Below, one piece after another: positions 47,657 to 57,051 of a DNA stretch of 64,000 bases. The stretch is from Nitrososphaeria archaeon (GTDB taxonomy: Archaea; Thermoproteota; Nitrososphaeria; Geothermarchaeales; JDFR-13). The stretch is taken from NCBI GenBank assembly GCA_027078545.1, contig JALWXN010000004.1:864001-928000 (forward strand). Direction: 5' to 3'. The notes under the pieces are model-generated. The model searched no databases and was not told where the DNA came from. It worked only from the letters and a program-made list of their open reading frames with translations. The first letter of the stretch is position 1. The number at the start of each line of letters is the position of its first letter. The translations under genes and the position numbers were made by a program.

Positions 47657-48088
47657 TCACCTCTTGAAGATCTTCTTGACACCCCCTAGGAGACCCTCGT
47701 CCTCCACCAGCTTGGCGCCACAATTCTCACAGAACCTACTACCAGCCGCGTTTGGATGCCCACACTCGGGGCAGTAGATAATGTTACCGGTATGGCTATG
47801 CCTAGCCGGAGTCGTAGAGGTAGGCTCCGCCTGTTGTGTCTGCTGGGCCGGCGGCTGGCTCGAGACACCTCCAGACCCGCTTAGCCCACTGGTCTTCAGG
47901 AGAACCACGTCCCCAACGGCCTGGATATTGCTGAAGAAGACATAGTTCTGCTCCTCACCCTCGCCGATGACCATCACTAGGTTGCCCTTCAGGTCGAAGC
48001 CTATGTCACTGACCTTCCCGAGGATCTTCCCGTTGGCGTCGATTACGGTCTTACCGACTACATCCTCCCTTCGGAAGAAGGAAGTCAT
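47657..48088 (-). CDS. PRC-barrel protein with zinc ribbon and amphipathic C-terminal tail
   Basis: VVGKTVIDANGKILGKVSDIGFD...IQAVGDVVLL (PRC barrel); S/Q/P/T linker; CPECGHPNAAGSRFCENCGAKL; EGLLGGVKKIFKR. Confidence 0.85.
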   Translation of the reverse strand: MTSFFRREDVVGKTVIDANGKILGKVSDIGFDLKGNLVMVIGEGEEQNYVFFSNIQAVGDVVLLKTSGLSGSGGVSSQPPAQQTQQAEPTSTTPARHSHTGNIIYCPECGHPNAAGSRFCENCGAKLVEDEGLLGGVKKIFKR

Positions 48089-48200
48089 GCTATCACGAAA
48101 TACAATCAATCCACAAATTTATATAACTAGTATTTTCTGTGAGGAGGGGTTTGGAGGCCAGGCATTTCCATATGCTTAGAAACTTAAAAGACTCTATTCC

Positions 48201-48626
48201 CTAGATTTCTACACCGTGTTCCTTCAACATTTTTGAGAGTTTTGAAACCGTGTTGATGATATAGTCGACAGCTCTATCCATATCGATTATCCTTACTAGG
48301 AGCCTATGTCGCCAGAGGATCCTCTGGTTATTATGGTCTATGAAACGTGTGAAGACCCTTTTAAGCTCGTCGGGAACCTGGATATCATTCTTCTTTAGGA
48401 AGAAGTCTACGTAGCACCATGTATAGGCATCCTCCTTATAGTCACTGGCATGGGCCAGGTCGAAGGATATGTAGAAGGGTATCCCGTTGGAGACGGTTAT
48501 CCTATCCTCACTCCCCTCTATGGGGAACTCGACCTCCTTGAGGCCATAGCCCTTGAGGTCGTTCCTGACTAGGAACTCCACAATAGCCCTTCGCCGCTTC
48601 TTATTCAGCTCTGCTAGATTCGAAAT
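48201..48626 (-). CDS. Hypothetical protein
   Basis: Open frame with coding-like composition. ORF-track start is GTG 48581; a possible ATT start at 48626 follows GGAGGGGAGGGG. Confidence 0.6.
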   Translation of the reverse strand: MSNLAELNKKRRRAIVEFLVRNDLKGYGLKEVEFPIEGSEDRITVSNGIPFYISFDLAHASDYKEDAYTWCYVDFFLKKNDIQVPDELKRVFTRFIDHNNQRILWRHRLLVRIIDMDRAVDYIINTVSKLSKMLKEHGVEI

Positions 48627-48768
48627 CGCCCCTCCCCTCCCGACTCACTGGGATCTCCATATTAGCCCGGTATTACCAATATCTAACTATATGGTTAATA
48701 TATTACAAAAACACCCACCTTGACATATATAGCGCCCAAGAGGGGATGATGAGGGAGCGGTGCATATC

Positions 48769-50451
48769 ATGTCGCAGGAGATAACCCTCAACAACCTTGT
48801 GAAGGAGTATTTCTCCAGCCTCCTACAGATATATCCCCATCTAGGCCTAGACCTAGACATCAATATCAGCACCGAGCTTCCCGACATGTCTATAGACGTC
48901 ATAGAGAGGGAGAAGGGGCTCATAAAGCTGACCCTGGAGAGGCTGGAGGACATAAGCTTCGAGGATCTAAGCCTGGATGGGAAGGTACAATACCTAAGTT
49001 TTAGGGACTATCTCAGGCTTAGGCTCTTCTTCATAGAGGACTGGCAGCTATGGCGTATGTATCCCGAGTCCCTCGACATACTCATCAAGATCCTGACATA
49101 CATCCTATACAACCCGAAGATAAGCCTGGAGGAGAAGGTCGTACAGATAGCCGAGTATCTAGACGATCTACACCGCTTCCTAGAGCTTAGTAAGCAGAGG
49201 ATTAGGAGGCCCCTGAAGCTGCTTGTGGAGCTGGGCCTCCTCATGGTGACGTATCTCAAGCAGCTACTGACATATATCGAGGAGGAGGCGGGTAAGGATC
49301 CGAAGGCTGCAAAGGTTTTCAGCAAGTATAAGCAGAGGTTCGACAGGGCGATGGACTACCTCGACGACTATAAGAACTGGCTAACCAACCTTAGGCAGAG
49401 GGAGCTCTTCGACATATCGATGGGTGAGCAGCTCCTAGAGAAGCTTATAAGGGTTAGGAAGCTGGGCTCAAGTGTCAAGAGGATTCAGAACATATTGAAG
49501 GCAGACATCCTGAAGATAGAGGAGGAGATCGAGAGGAAGCTCGCGGTCATGAACATGTCCAGCCTCAGGGACTACCTAGAATCGGTGAGGGAGGTAACGT
49601 ATAAGGATCCATACATGATCTCCTCGAGGTATGAACAGGTATTCGTCGATACTAGAAGGCTACTCCTCGAGAACAACCTACTAGAGCTGCCAGAGATAGA
49701 GCTCGACATCAACATAGTCCCCTTCAGGGCATACTACGTAACCCCTATATTCAGCTATAGAACAAATGTGCTCGATGGTAAGCTGAAGATAGAGATCTAC
49801 ATCAGGGTGAAGGACGAGGAGGACGCTAAGTGGCACAACGAGTTCGAGAGCCAGCTGAGAATCGTCAGGGACATCATACCGGGCTCAGCCCTAATAAGCT
49901 ACTACCTCAAGAAGTCTGGTAACCTGCTGCAGAAGATCCTCGACATCCCCGAGTACCAGGTGGGCTGGGGATACTTCGTACAGGACATGATGGTCGATGT
50001 AGGTATACTCAGCGGCGAGGATATGGAGCTCCTAAACCTGGTGGAGAAGTATAAACTAGCACTCCTCGCAAAGATGGATCTAGAGATGAATCTGGGGAAG
50101 ATAACCCATGTACAGGCGGCCAAGTTCCTGAAGCAGGCCGACGGAGTCTTCAGCGACGACGAGGTGATAATAGGGACGATGGAGATCATGACAACCCCGA
50201 CTATGCACCTATCAAACTACCTCGCATACAAGTTCTACAAAAGGATGATCAGGATACTCAGGGGCATCTCAGACGAGGGGCCCTACGCAGCGGACAGGGA
50301 TGCGGAGAAGGAGAGGGAGTCGAAGATCTTCAACTATAGATGGTTCGCCGAAAAGATCTTCAAGTATGCCGTGACCCCACATAGATACCTGGAGAGCCTA
50401 CTCCTAAGGGACTATGCTTCGGACAAGATAGATAGGGAGTTTAGAGGCTAG
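48769..50451 (+). CDS. DUF885-family protein with degenerate metal-binding motif
   Basis: N-terminal EYF...YP..G....ELPDMS and C-terminal P...SNY / FNYRWF...P pattern of DUF885; the HE..PGH site reads RDIIPGSA and EGW reads VGW. Confidence 0.65.
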   Translation: MSQEITLNNLVKEYFSSLLQIYPHLGLDLDINISTELPDMSIDVIEREKGLIKLTLERLEDISFEDLSLDGKVQYLSFRDYLRLRLFFIEDWQLWRMYPESLDILIKILTYILYNPKISLEEKVVQIAEYLDDLHRFLELSKQRIRRPLKLLVELGLLMVTYLKQLLTYIEEEAGKDPKAAKVFSKYKQRFDRAMDYLDDYKNWLTNLRQRELFDISMGEQLLEKLIRVRKLGSSVKRIQNILKADILKIEEEIERKLAVMNMSSLRDYLESVREVTYKDPYMISSRYEQVFVDTRRLLLENNLLELPEIELDINIVPFRAYYVTPIFSYRTNVLDGKLKIEIYIRVKDEEDAKWHNEFESQLRIVRDIIPGSALISYYLKKSGNLLQKILDIPEYQVGWGYFVQDMMVDVGILSGEDMELLNLVEKYKLALLAKMDLEMNLGKITHVQAAKFLKQADGVFSDDEVIIGTMEIMTTPTMHLSNYLAYKFYKRMIRILRGISDEGPYAADRDAEKERESKIFNYRWFAEKIFKYAVTPHRYLESLLLRDYASDKIDREFRG

Positions 50452-51304
50452 CAAGTATAACGGCCACGGTATAGACTACGAAGAGGTATGGACTCGTAAT
50501 CTTGAAGAGCGTCCATACATCCCTCATATTGGGCCGGGTAACCACGCGGTAGGAGTAGTATAGCACCAAGATGTTAAGCGCCGCCAGGGTCCCTAGGAAG
50601 GCTGGATGGGTATATATACCACCTGCAAAGGGGAGGAGTAGGCTAGAGACCGCCAGTGCAACAGCGGATAGGCCTATGACCTTGATACTACGGTCCTCAT
50701 CAAGTATAGAGGTGTACATAGGCACACCAGCCCTCCTATAGTCATCCCTATAGACGAGGGCCAATGTCCATATGTGAAGGGGAGTCCATATCACGACTAG
50801 GAGGAATAGGAGCCAGGCATCGAGCGGGATAGTCCCATCATAAGCGGCGTAGCCGATGAGTGTGGGTACACCCCCTGAGGGGGCGCCCAGAATAATGTTT
50901 AGTGGGGTCCTCCTCTTACTCCATAGGCTATATACAACCACGTTGTCGAAGAGGCCTATAGCCATCAGGATGGCTGAGAGGGGGTTTAGGAGGAGGGCAA
51001 GGGTTATGCTCGATATGGATAGGAGGAGGCCATAATACAGTGCATATCCAGGGTCGAGCCTCCCACTAGGGATAGGCCTCTTCATAGTCCTCTTCATAAC
51101 AGCGTCTATATCCCTATCGATATACCCAGTCAATGTGTTCGCCCCACCCGTCCCCAGGATGAGAGCTATGGTTAGGATGAGGAGCCTAGTATCTATAGAG
51201 CCACGAGAGGCTATCAGGTATCCAGCCACACCTGTATAGACCAGGAGGGACCATATACGTGGCTTAGTAACCTCGATATACTCCCTAAGCCCCATTACAA
51301 TCAA
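50441..51304 (-). CDS. ctaB: Protoheme IX farnesyltransferase (heme o synthase)
   Basis: TKPRI, DRDIDAVMKRT.KRPIPSG, YSLWSKRRT..NI..G, WTPLH, DDYRRAGVPM. Confidence 0.93.
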   Translation of the reverse strand: MIVMGLREYIEVTKPRIWSLLVYTGVAGYLIASRGSIDTRLLILTIALILGTGGANTLTGYIDRDIDAVMKRTMKRPIPSGRLDPGYALYYGLLLSISSITLALLLNPLSAILMAIGLFDNVVVYSLWSKRRTPLNIILGAPSGGVPTLIGYAAYDGTIPLDAWLLFLLVVIWTPLHIWTLALVYRDDYRRAGVPMYTSILDEDRSIKVIGLSAVALAVSSLLLPFAGGIYTHPAFLGTLAALNILVLYYSYRVVTRPNMRDVWTLFKITSPYLFVVYTVAVILASL

Positions 51305-51358
51305 GTATTAAAGTCGGGCCTACAACCGTTAAATTGGGGTCGTATAATAGGATATATA

Positions 51359-52435
51359 TTGGCCTCCCGGGGGATGGGGCCCTTGCTAAACACGGTCTTC
51401 AACAAACAGGTATTCAGACCCGGCGAGACGATAAAGGCATACATAACGTTGAATATCCCCGACAGGATAGAGGTGGAGTATGGCCAGCTAGATCTTAAAT
51501 ATATCTTCCGATCCCGGGAGGTCGACGGAGGGTTCAAGAAGATCTATATCGATGAGAGCCTAGGCTTCATGAAGCCCGGCCCCTACAACCCAGGCGTCTA
51601 TAGCTACAACGTGACATATACGATCCCCACCAACGTCCCCCCATCCTTCAGGGGGAGGATACTGGAGGGGGTGCTTCGATACGAATGTATAGTGAAGGCT
51701 AGGGGAGGCTTCTCACTCAGGAGGACGGGCGAACTCATCATCACCAAGGGGTATGAATCGCCTAGCCAGGAGACGCTATACTCCATCTCCTCAGGCGATA
51801 TACACCTCACCCTACTCCTCGACAGGCCGGTCAAGGGGAGGATACTGAGGGGTGTACTCACCATCGAGGAGGGTAGGGAGCTGGTCAGGAGGATATTCCT
51901 AGACCTATGTATCTACGAGGGCTACAGGGTGCAGAAACTCCTATTCCTGAAGAACTTCAGGGAGACGAGTAGATGTATAACGATCCACTCTATAGGGGTG
52001 GATAGGCGTGGAATGGGGAGCTACCCCTTCAGGGCCGACCTATCAAGGATGCTTGGGGGTAGGGCGATATATACAGCCCCCTATGCAGACGGCGATATCC
52101 GTTTCCAGACATACCTGAGGCTCAGGATGATAACAAGGGAGGGTATGAGGACATACTACCAGCCCATAGAGTGGTATCCATATGAGGAGAGTGAGGATAC
52201 CCAGGTAGAGACAGAGGTCCTCACCATGGAGGAGAGGATTAGGAGGGCGATCATAGAGTTTTTCGAGGTGAACCTAGAGGGGGACATCATAGATATCCAG
52301 GAATACCTTGAGGTGAAGGGCTTCAGCGTAAATATCCACATGCTGGAGAGGATGATCAGGGGGCTGATAGAGGAGGGCGTCCTACAGGAGGCCGATAACA
52401 ACCCGATACTGAAGAAATATAGGCTCAGGGGCTGA
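51359..52435 (+). CDS. Arrestin-fold (SpoOM/alpha-arrestin-like) protein with C-terminal winged helix
   Basis: VFRPGETIKAYITL and PGVYSYNVTYTIPTNVPPSFRG...LRY arrestin-N signature; second beta-sandwich (GSYPF); C-terminal IIEFF...IQEYL...LERMIRGLIEEGVL...YRL. Confidence 0.7.
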   Translation: MASRGMGPLLNTVFNKQVFRPGETIKAYITLNIPDRIEVEYGQLDLKYIFRSREVDGGFKKIYIDESLGFMKPGPYNPGVYSYNVTYTIPTNVPPSFRGRILEGVLRYECIVKARGGFSLRRTGELIITKGYESPSQETLYSISSGDIHLTLLLDRPVKGRILRGVLTIEEGRELVRRIFLDLCIYEGYRVQKLLFLKNFRETSRCITIHSIGVDRRGMGSYPFRADLSRMLGGRAIYTAPYADGDIRFQTYLRLRMITREGMRTYYQPIEWYPYEESEDTQVETEVLTMEERIRRAIIEFFEVNLEGDIIDIQEYLEVKGFSVNIHMLERMIRGLIEEGVLQEADNNPILKKYRLRG

Positions 52436-53342
52436 GCCTCCTATAGACCGTATAGGCAAGGTAGCCATCCTGTACAGCGGTGCCCACACTCTTGAATATC
52501 GTCAGCTCATCACTAGACTCCCTACCAGCTACACGCCCAAGCAGGAGCTCCGAGAAGAGATGTACATCACCCCTGGATACCAGGCCCTCCCTAATAGCGA
52601 GTCCAACCTCACCCACTTCATAGAGGTCGGGACTATCTATGAACACCTTGTCAGCCGACGCCACTAGCCGTGGATCCAGCTCGGCACTATCCCTACCCAT
52701 ATAGCCCATACTAGCTATGTGCCTACCCCTAGGCGAGGAGTCTATAACAGGCTCACTACTCGTAGTAGCTGTGATGACCACCTCAGCTCTCTCCACGACC
52801 TCGCCTGGTGAGGACACTACATATGCCTCTACACCCCTCCTACCCAGCTCCTCAGCATACTTCACGGCCTTCCCAACCCTCCTGTTATGGAGATATACAC
52901 GCCTAACCCCTGGGAACCACTCTAGATGCATCTCTAGGCTCGCCCTCCCTATACGGCCCACCCCAATAAGCCCAATAGTCTCCGGCTCCCCGTAGAGCTC
53001 GATCGTCGATACTAGGGCCATACCAGCTGTACGTAGAACGGTTATAGAGACACCGTCGACGAGGCATAGCGGCTCCATAGACCCCAGGTCGTATACAAAG
53101 ACATATGCATTGAAGGGCCTACCGTCGAAGGGATAGTCCACAACCTTCAGCGTATAGACCCCATACTCCCTGATGTGGCATGGCATAGCCCCTAGGAAGC
53201 GTGACCCACCCTCTATCAGGAGCTCAGACCTGGGGGGCTGGTCGACACCCGGGTCTAGGAAGCCTCGGAACGCCCTGTACACAGACTCTACGACATCCCT
53301 GAGGGGTAGAGACTCAACCTCCTCCCTACCTATCACCCTCAT
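52425..53342 (-). CDS. Ornithine cyclodeaminase/mu-crystallin (archaeal alanine dehydrogenase-like) family protein
   Basis: MPC, LKVV, ITVLRTAG, GLIGVG, ITATTS.EP, IFKSVGTAVQD. Confidence 0.9.
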   Translation of the reverse strand: MRVIGREEVESLPLRDVVESVYRAFRGFLDPGVDQPPRSELLIEGGSRFLGAMPCHIREYGVYTLKVVDYPFDGRPFNAYVFVYDLGSMEPLCLVDGVSITVLRTAGMALVSTIELYGEPETIGLIGVGRIGRASLEMHLEWFPGVRRVYLHNRRVGKAVKYAEELGRRGVEAYVVSSPGEVVERAEVVITATTSSEPVIDSSPRGRHIASMGYMGRDSAELDPRLVASADKVFIDSPDLYEVGEVGLAIREGLVSRGDVHLFSELLLGRVAGRESSDELTIFKSVGTAVQDGYLAYTVYRRLSP

Positions 53343-54274
53343 GGCTCCTCTACACCCACATACTCCATGATTAGAGCCCTATACCTATCGGGATCCTCTA
53401 CATAGCCCATATACATGCCCTGACCACCTCCACCCCGGCCTCCACACTCACCCCTTATCCTAGCCTTAAGACCCTCTATATCCACACCAGAGCTGGCTAG
53501 GAAGACCCTATGCCTCTCGCCATCCCAGCTGAGTACCGAGAGGATATCTACTCCACGCTCATCCATAACGTGTCTAGCCCGGCTAGTAACCCTCTTCATA
53601 TCGAGGTGGGGAAGCTCTATAGCTAGGAGGCTATACCTACCCCTCAGCAACGGCCACCTCGAGAGGGCAGTGTCGACCACCATCCTCGAAGCCTTCTCCA
53701 ACCTATCCTCAAGCTCCTTAAGACCCTCTACACGGCTATAGAGATCCTCTAGGGACGAGCCTAGTAGGCGTGACATGCTATACATGTTGGAGGCGCTCTC
53801 AAGGGCATACTCGACGGCCCTCTCCCCAGTATAGAACTCCAGCTCATAGAGCCCGGAGCGGACCCTCCTAAGCAGCCTAGGTACCACTAGCCGTACTTCT
53901 GACGCCCTCTCCACATGAGGGTTTATACATGCCGAGGCGTCGTAGTCACCTATCCTGACCACCCTTATAAACTCCTTATCACCCAGCCTCTCCTCATATG
54001 CCCTGAGGCCGGGATACCTTGCCCTAGCCTCCTCAAGGCTCCCGAAGACCTCCACGTGGAACGGCAGGTCATCAGTGATAGCCCTGTTAGCCATCCTCGC
54101 AGCCTCCACAACAGTCTCCCAATCAATATCGCCGTCATACCTGAGGAACGCCTTGTCCACACCTGTATCTTCATGGACTACCCTCACCACCTTGAGCCCG
54201 GGCACTAGCTTGTATAGACTACCCACGAGGAGATGCTCCCCCGAGTGTCTAACCCTTATATCCCTGTTCTCCAC
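53339..54274 (-). CDS. AlaX-type alanyl-tRNA editing protein with C-terminal DHHA1/C-Ala domain
   Basis: HSGEH (HxxxH), IRVVRIGDYD.SACINPH (CxxxH), GGRGGGG in the C-terminal domain. Confidence 0.85.
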   Translation of the reverse strand: MENRDIRVRHSGEHLLVGSLYKLVPGLKVVRVVHEDTGVDKAFLRYDGDIDWETVVEAARMANRAITDDLPFHVEVFGSLEEARARYPGLRAYEERLGDKEFIRVVRIGDYDASACINPHVERASEVRLVVPRLLRRVRSGLYELEFYTGERAVEYALESASNMYSMSRLLGSSLEDLYSRVEGLKELEDRLEKASRMVVDTALSRWPLLRGRYSLLAIELPHLDMKRVTSRARHVMDERGVDILSVLSWDGERHRVFLASSGVDIEGLKARIRGECGGRGGGGQGMYMGYVEDPDRYRALIMEYVGVEEP

Positions 54275-54348
54275 CTCGAGACACCCCGTGGGGACAAGCC
54301 ATTATAAACACCCCAAGCCGGAATAATTATTTTAACACGCTCCGAGGG

Positions 54349-57042
54349 GTGGTCATTATTGAATACAACCTCAGGATCGGCCTCGAGGTACACATCCCAC
54401 TCTCAACAGTAGAGACCAAGCTGTTCTGCACCTGCCCAAACCCGTTCAGACATCCTCCTGAGAGGCCTAACCAGTACGTATGCCCCACATGCCTAGGCCT
54501 ACCCGGAGCCCTACCCAGCCCCAATATGGAGGCTATTAGGAAGGCGATAATCCTAGCGAAGGCCCTGAAGATGGAGATACCCAGGAAGATACAGTTCTAT
54601 AGGAAGCATTATCTATACCCAGACCTACCCAAGGGATACCAGATAACCCAGTACATGGCTGGTGGAGACCTCCCAATAGGGATTAGGGGAGGGATGCTCT
54701 TCAGGGAGAGGTATATAGGGATAAGGAGGATACAGCTGGAGGAGGATCCAGCCAAGCTGGAGCACCCAGGGGGGCTAGGCGAGTCGAGCAGGACGCTTAT
54801 CGACTATAACAGGTCTGGCGCCCCACTGATAGAGCTTGTTACTGAGCCCGAGCTATACAGCCCTAGGGAGGCTAGGATATTCATAGAGGAGCTGACCAGA
54901 CTCCTGGTCACCACGGGCATAATAGCTGAGGATACACAGCCAAAGGTGGATGCAAACATATCTATCGAGGGTGGGCCTAGGGTAGAGATCAAGAACATAT
55001 CCTCCCCAAGGGATGTGGAGAAGGCCCTGAGCTACGAGGCAATGAGGATGGCTAGATACATGGAGCAGGGTGTAAGGATCAGACGGGAGACGAGGCACTG
55101 GGACGATAGGAGGAGGGTCACGATACCCCTTAGGGAGAAGGAGTATGAGGAGGAGTATAGATACATACCCGATCCCAACCTCCCACCGATAGACATATCC
55201 GACATGATAGCCGAGGTCGAGGAGCCGGAGACCCCCCTGAAGATCCTGGAGAGACTCATCAGGGATGGGGTCGATGTATACCCGGCCAAGATCATAGCCT
55301 CGGACAAGAGGCTCCTAAGAATCTACGAGGAGGCCTCGGAGGGTCTTGGTAAAAAGGCTAGGATGGAGCTGGCGAAGACACTTGTAAACGAGGCTAAACA
55401 CATGCTCAACACAGGGAAGACTGTGGAGGAGCTCATAGAGACTATGAAGCCCCTATACCAGCTGGTGGATAAGGGCATCATCACCCCGGCAGAGGCGAGG
55501 AAGAAGCTCCTAGGGAGGAGGGGGCTGAGACAGGCCGACACAGGGGAGATACTCAAGACGCTTGAGGAAGTCCTCAGAGAGGTGGATCCAAGTAGGAGGA
55601 GGAGCCTAGACTACGTGGTCGGCACCGTGCTCAGGAGGCTCAGGGAGAGGGGGCTCGACGCAGATCCAAGGATTATTGCTGAGTATGCCCGTGGAAAGAT
55701 CGAGACTGCTAGGAAGATAGAGGTTAGGAGGGCTAGGGCTGGAGGGGAGAGGGTGTATAAGGGCGCCGTGGAGGCCCCTAGGCCGCTGGATCCCAGCCAG
55801 CTACCCAGCCTGGTTGGCTCAGAGGCGGTCATAGGCGGCTGGATAGAGACTCGGGCATACGTGGGGGACAAACTATTCCTAAGGCTCAGGCATTGGAGGG
55901 GCACTATACAGGTGGTGGCCCATGGGGATATCCGGGCCTACCAATACCTGTCGAGCCTCCCGAGAGAGGCATACATAGTCGTTAGGGGAAGGGTAGTCAG
56001 GGACTCCAGAGCCCCAGGCGGGCTAGAGATCCACGCATCAGAGGTAATCCCCATAGGTACATCCACCGACCCACCAATGACGCTGATGGACCTGGCCAGG
56101 TCAAGTCTCCCAACCAGGGTCAGGCATAGATACCTAGACATTAGGAGGCGTAGGGTAAGGGCTGTCCTATACATAAGGGCGAGGCTACTAGAGATCGTTA
56201 GGAGCCTCCTAACCAGGAAGGGCTTCGTGGAGATACAGACACCCACGATAATAGCCTCGGCCACGGAGGGAGGGGCGGAGCTATTCCCACTGATATACTA
56301 TGGTAGGGAGGCCTTCCTAGCCCAGAGCCCCCAGCTATATAAACAGATGGCTATAAACGCCTTCGAGAAGGTCTTCGAGATCGATAGCTACTACCGCGCC
56401 CAGAAGTTCGACACCCCACGCCACCTAGCGGAGTTCTGGTCCCTAGACGTCGAGGTCGCCCACCATGGGCTGGATGATCTGATCAGCCTAGCCAGGGAGA
56501 TACTCCTAGAGATACATGGGACGCTCCCCTCAAAGGCGGGTGACGAGCTCATGCTCCTAGGGGTTGAACTTGAGCCAGGGCCTAGCTTCGCGGAGATGAG
56601 TTATGACGAGGCTGTGGAGATATCGGGGACGAGGTATGGCGAGGACATCTCTGCAGAGGCGTTGAGAGAGGTGTATAGGGAGGCGGGCGCTAGATACCTG
56701 TTCATAACCCACTGGCCAGAGGAGACCAGGGCCTTCTACTACCGCTCGATAGACGGTATAACCAAGAGCTTCGACCTCGTAGGACCCTTCACAGGGACGC
56801 CTATAGAGCTCGCCAGTGGCGGGGAGAGGATAAACAGCTATGACGAGCTCGTCAGGAGCATAAGGAGGAGGGGTCTGAGGGAGGAATCGTATGGATGGTA
56901 CCTAGAGATGTTTAGGTATGGAATGCCCCCACACGGAGGCTTCGGGCTGGGGATAGACAGGCTACTAGCATCCCTCCTAGGCCTCGACTCAGTGCTGGAG
57001 GCCACTCTAGTGCCCAGGACGCCCAAGTACTACATCCCATAG
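54349..57042 (+). CDS. gatB/aspS: Fusion of Asp-tRNA(Asn) amidotransferase subunit B and aspartyl-tRNA synthetase (GatB-AspRS)
   Basis: GatB part: IGLEVH, TKLFC, CLGLPGALP, RKHYLYPDLPKGYQITQ, LEED, DYNRSGAPLIELVTEP, VEIKN, YRYIPDP. AspRS part: OB fold GW..., EGGAELF, LAQSPQLYKQ, RHLAEF, GMPPHGGFGLGIDR. Single uninterrupted frame. Confidence 0.93.
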   Translation: MVIIEYNLRIGLEVHIPLSTVETKLFCTCPNPFRHPPERPNQYVCPTCLGLPGALPSPNMEAIRKAIILAKALKMEIPRKIQFYRKHYLYPDLPKGYQITQYMAGGDLPIGIRGGMLFRERYIGIRRIQLEEDPAKLEHPGGLGESSRTLIDYNRSGAPLIELVTEPELYSPREARIFIEELTRLLVTTGIIAEDTQPKVDANISIEGGPRVEIKNISSPRDVEKALSYEAMRMARYMEQGVRIRRETRHWDDRRRVTIPLREKEYEEEYRYIPDPNLPPIDISDMIAEVEEPETPLKILERLIRDGVDVYPAKIIASDKRLLRIYEEASEGLGKKARMELAKTLVNEAKHMLNTGKTVEELIETMKPLYQLVDKGIITPAEARKKLLGRRGLRQADTGEILKTLEEVLREVDPSRRRSLDYVVGTVLRRLRERGLDADPRIIAEYARGKIETARKIEVRRARAGGERVYKGAVEAPRPLDPSQLPSLVGSEAVIGGWIETRAYVGDKLFLRLRHWRGTIQVVAHGDIRAYQYLSSLPREAYIVVRGRVVRDSRAPGGLEIHASEVIPIGTSTDPPMTLMDLARSSLPTRVRHRYLDIRRRRVRAVLYIRARLLEIVRSLLTRKGFVEIQTPTIIASATEGGAELFPLIYYGREAFLAQSPQLYKQMAINAFEKVFEIDSYYRAQKFDTPRHLAEFWSLDVEVAHHGLDDLISLAREILLEIHGTLPSKAGDELMLLGVELEPGPSFAEMSYDEAVEISGTRYGEDISAEALREVYREAGARYLFITHWPEETRAFYYRSIDGITKSFDLVGPFTGTPIELASGGERINSYDELVRSIRRRGLREESYGWYLEMFRYGMPPHGGFGLGIDRLLASLLGLDSVLEATLVPRTPKYYIP

Positions 57043-57051
57043 GTGGTGCAT

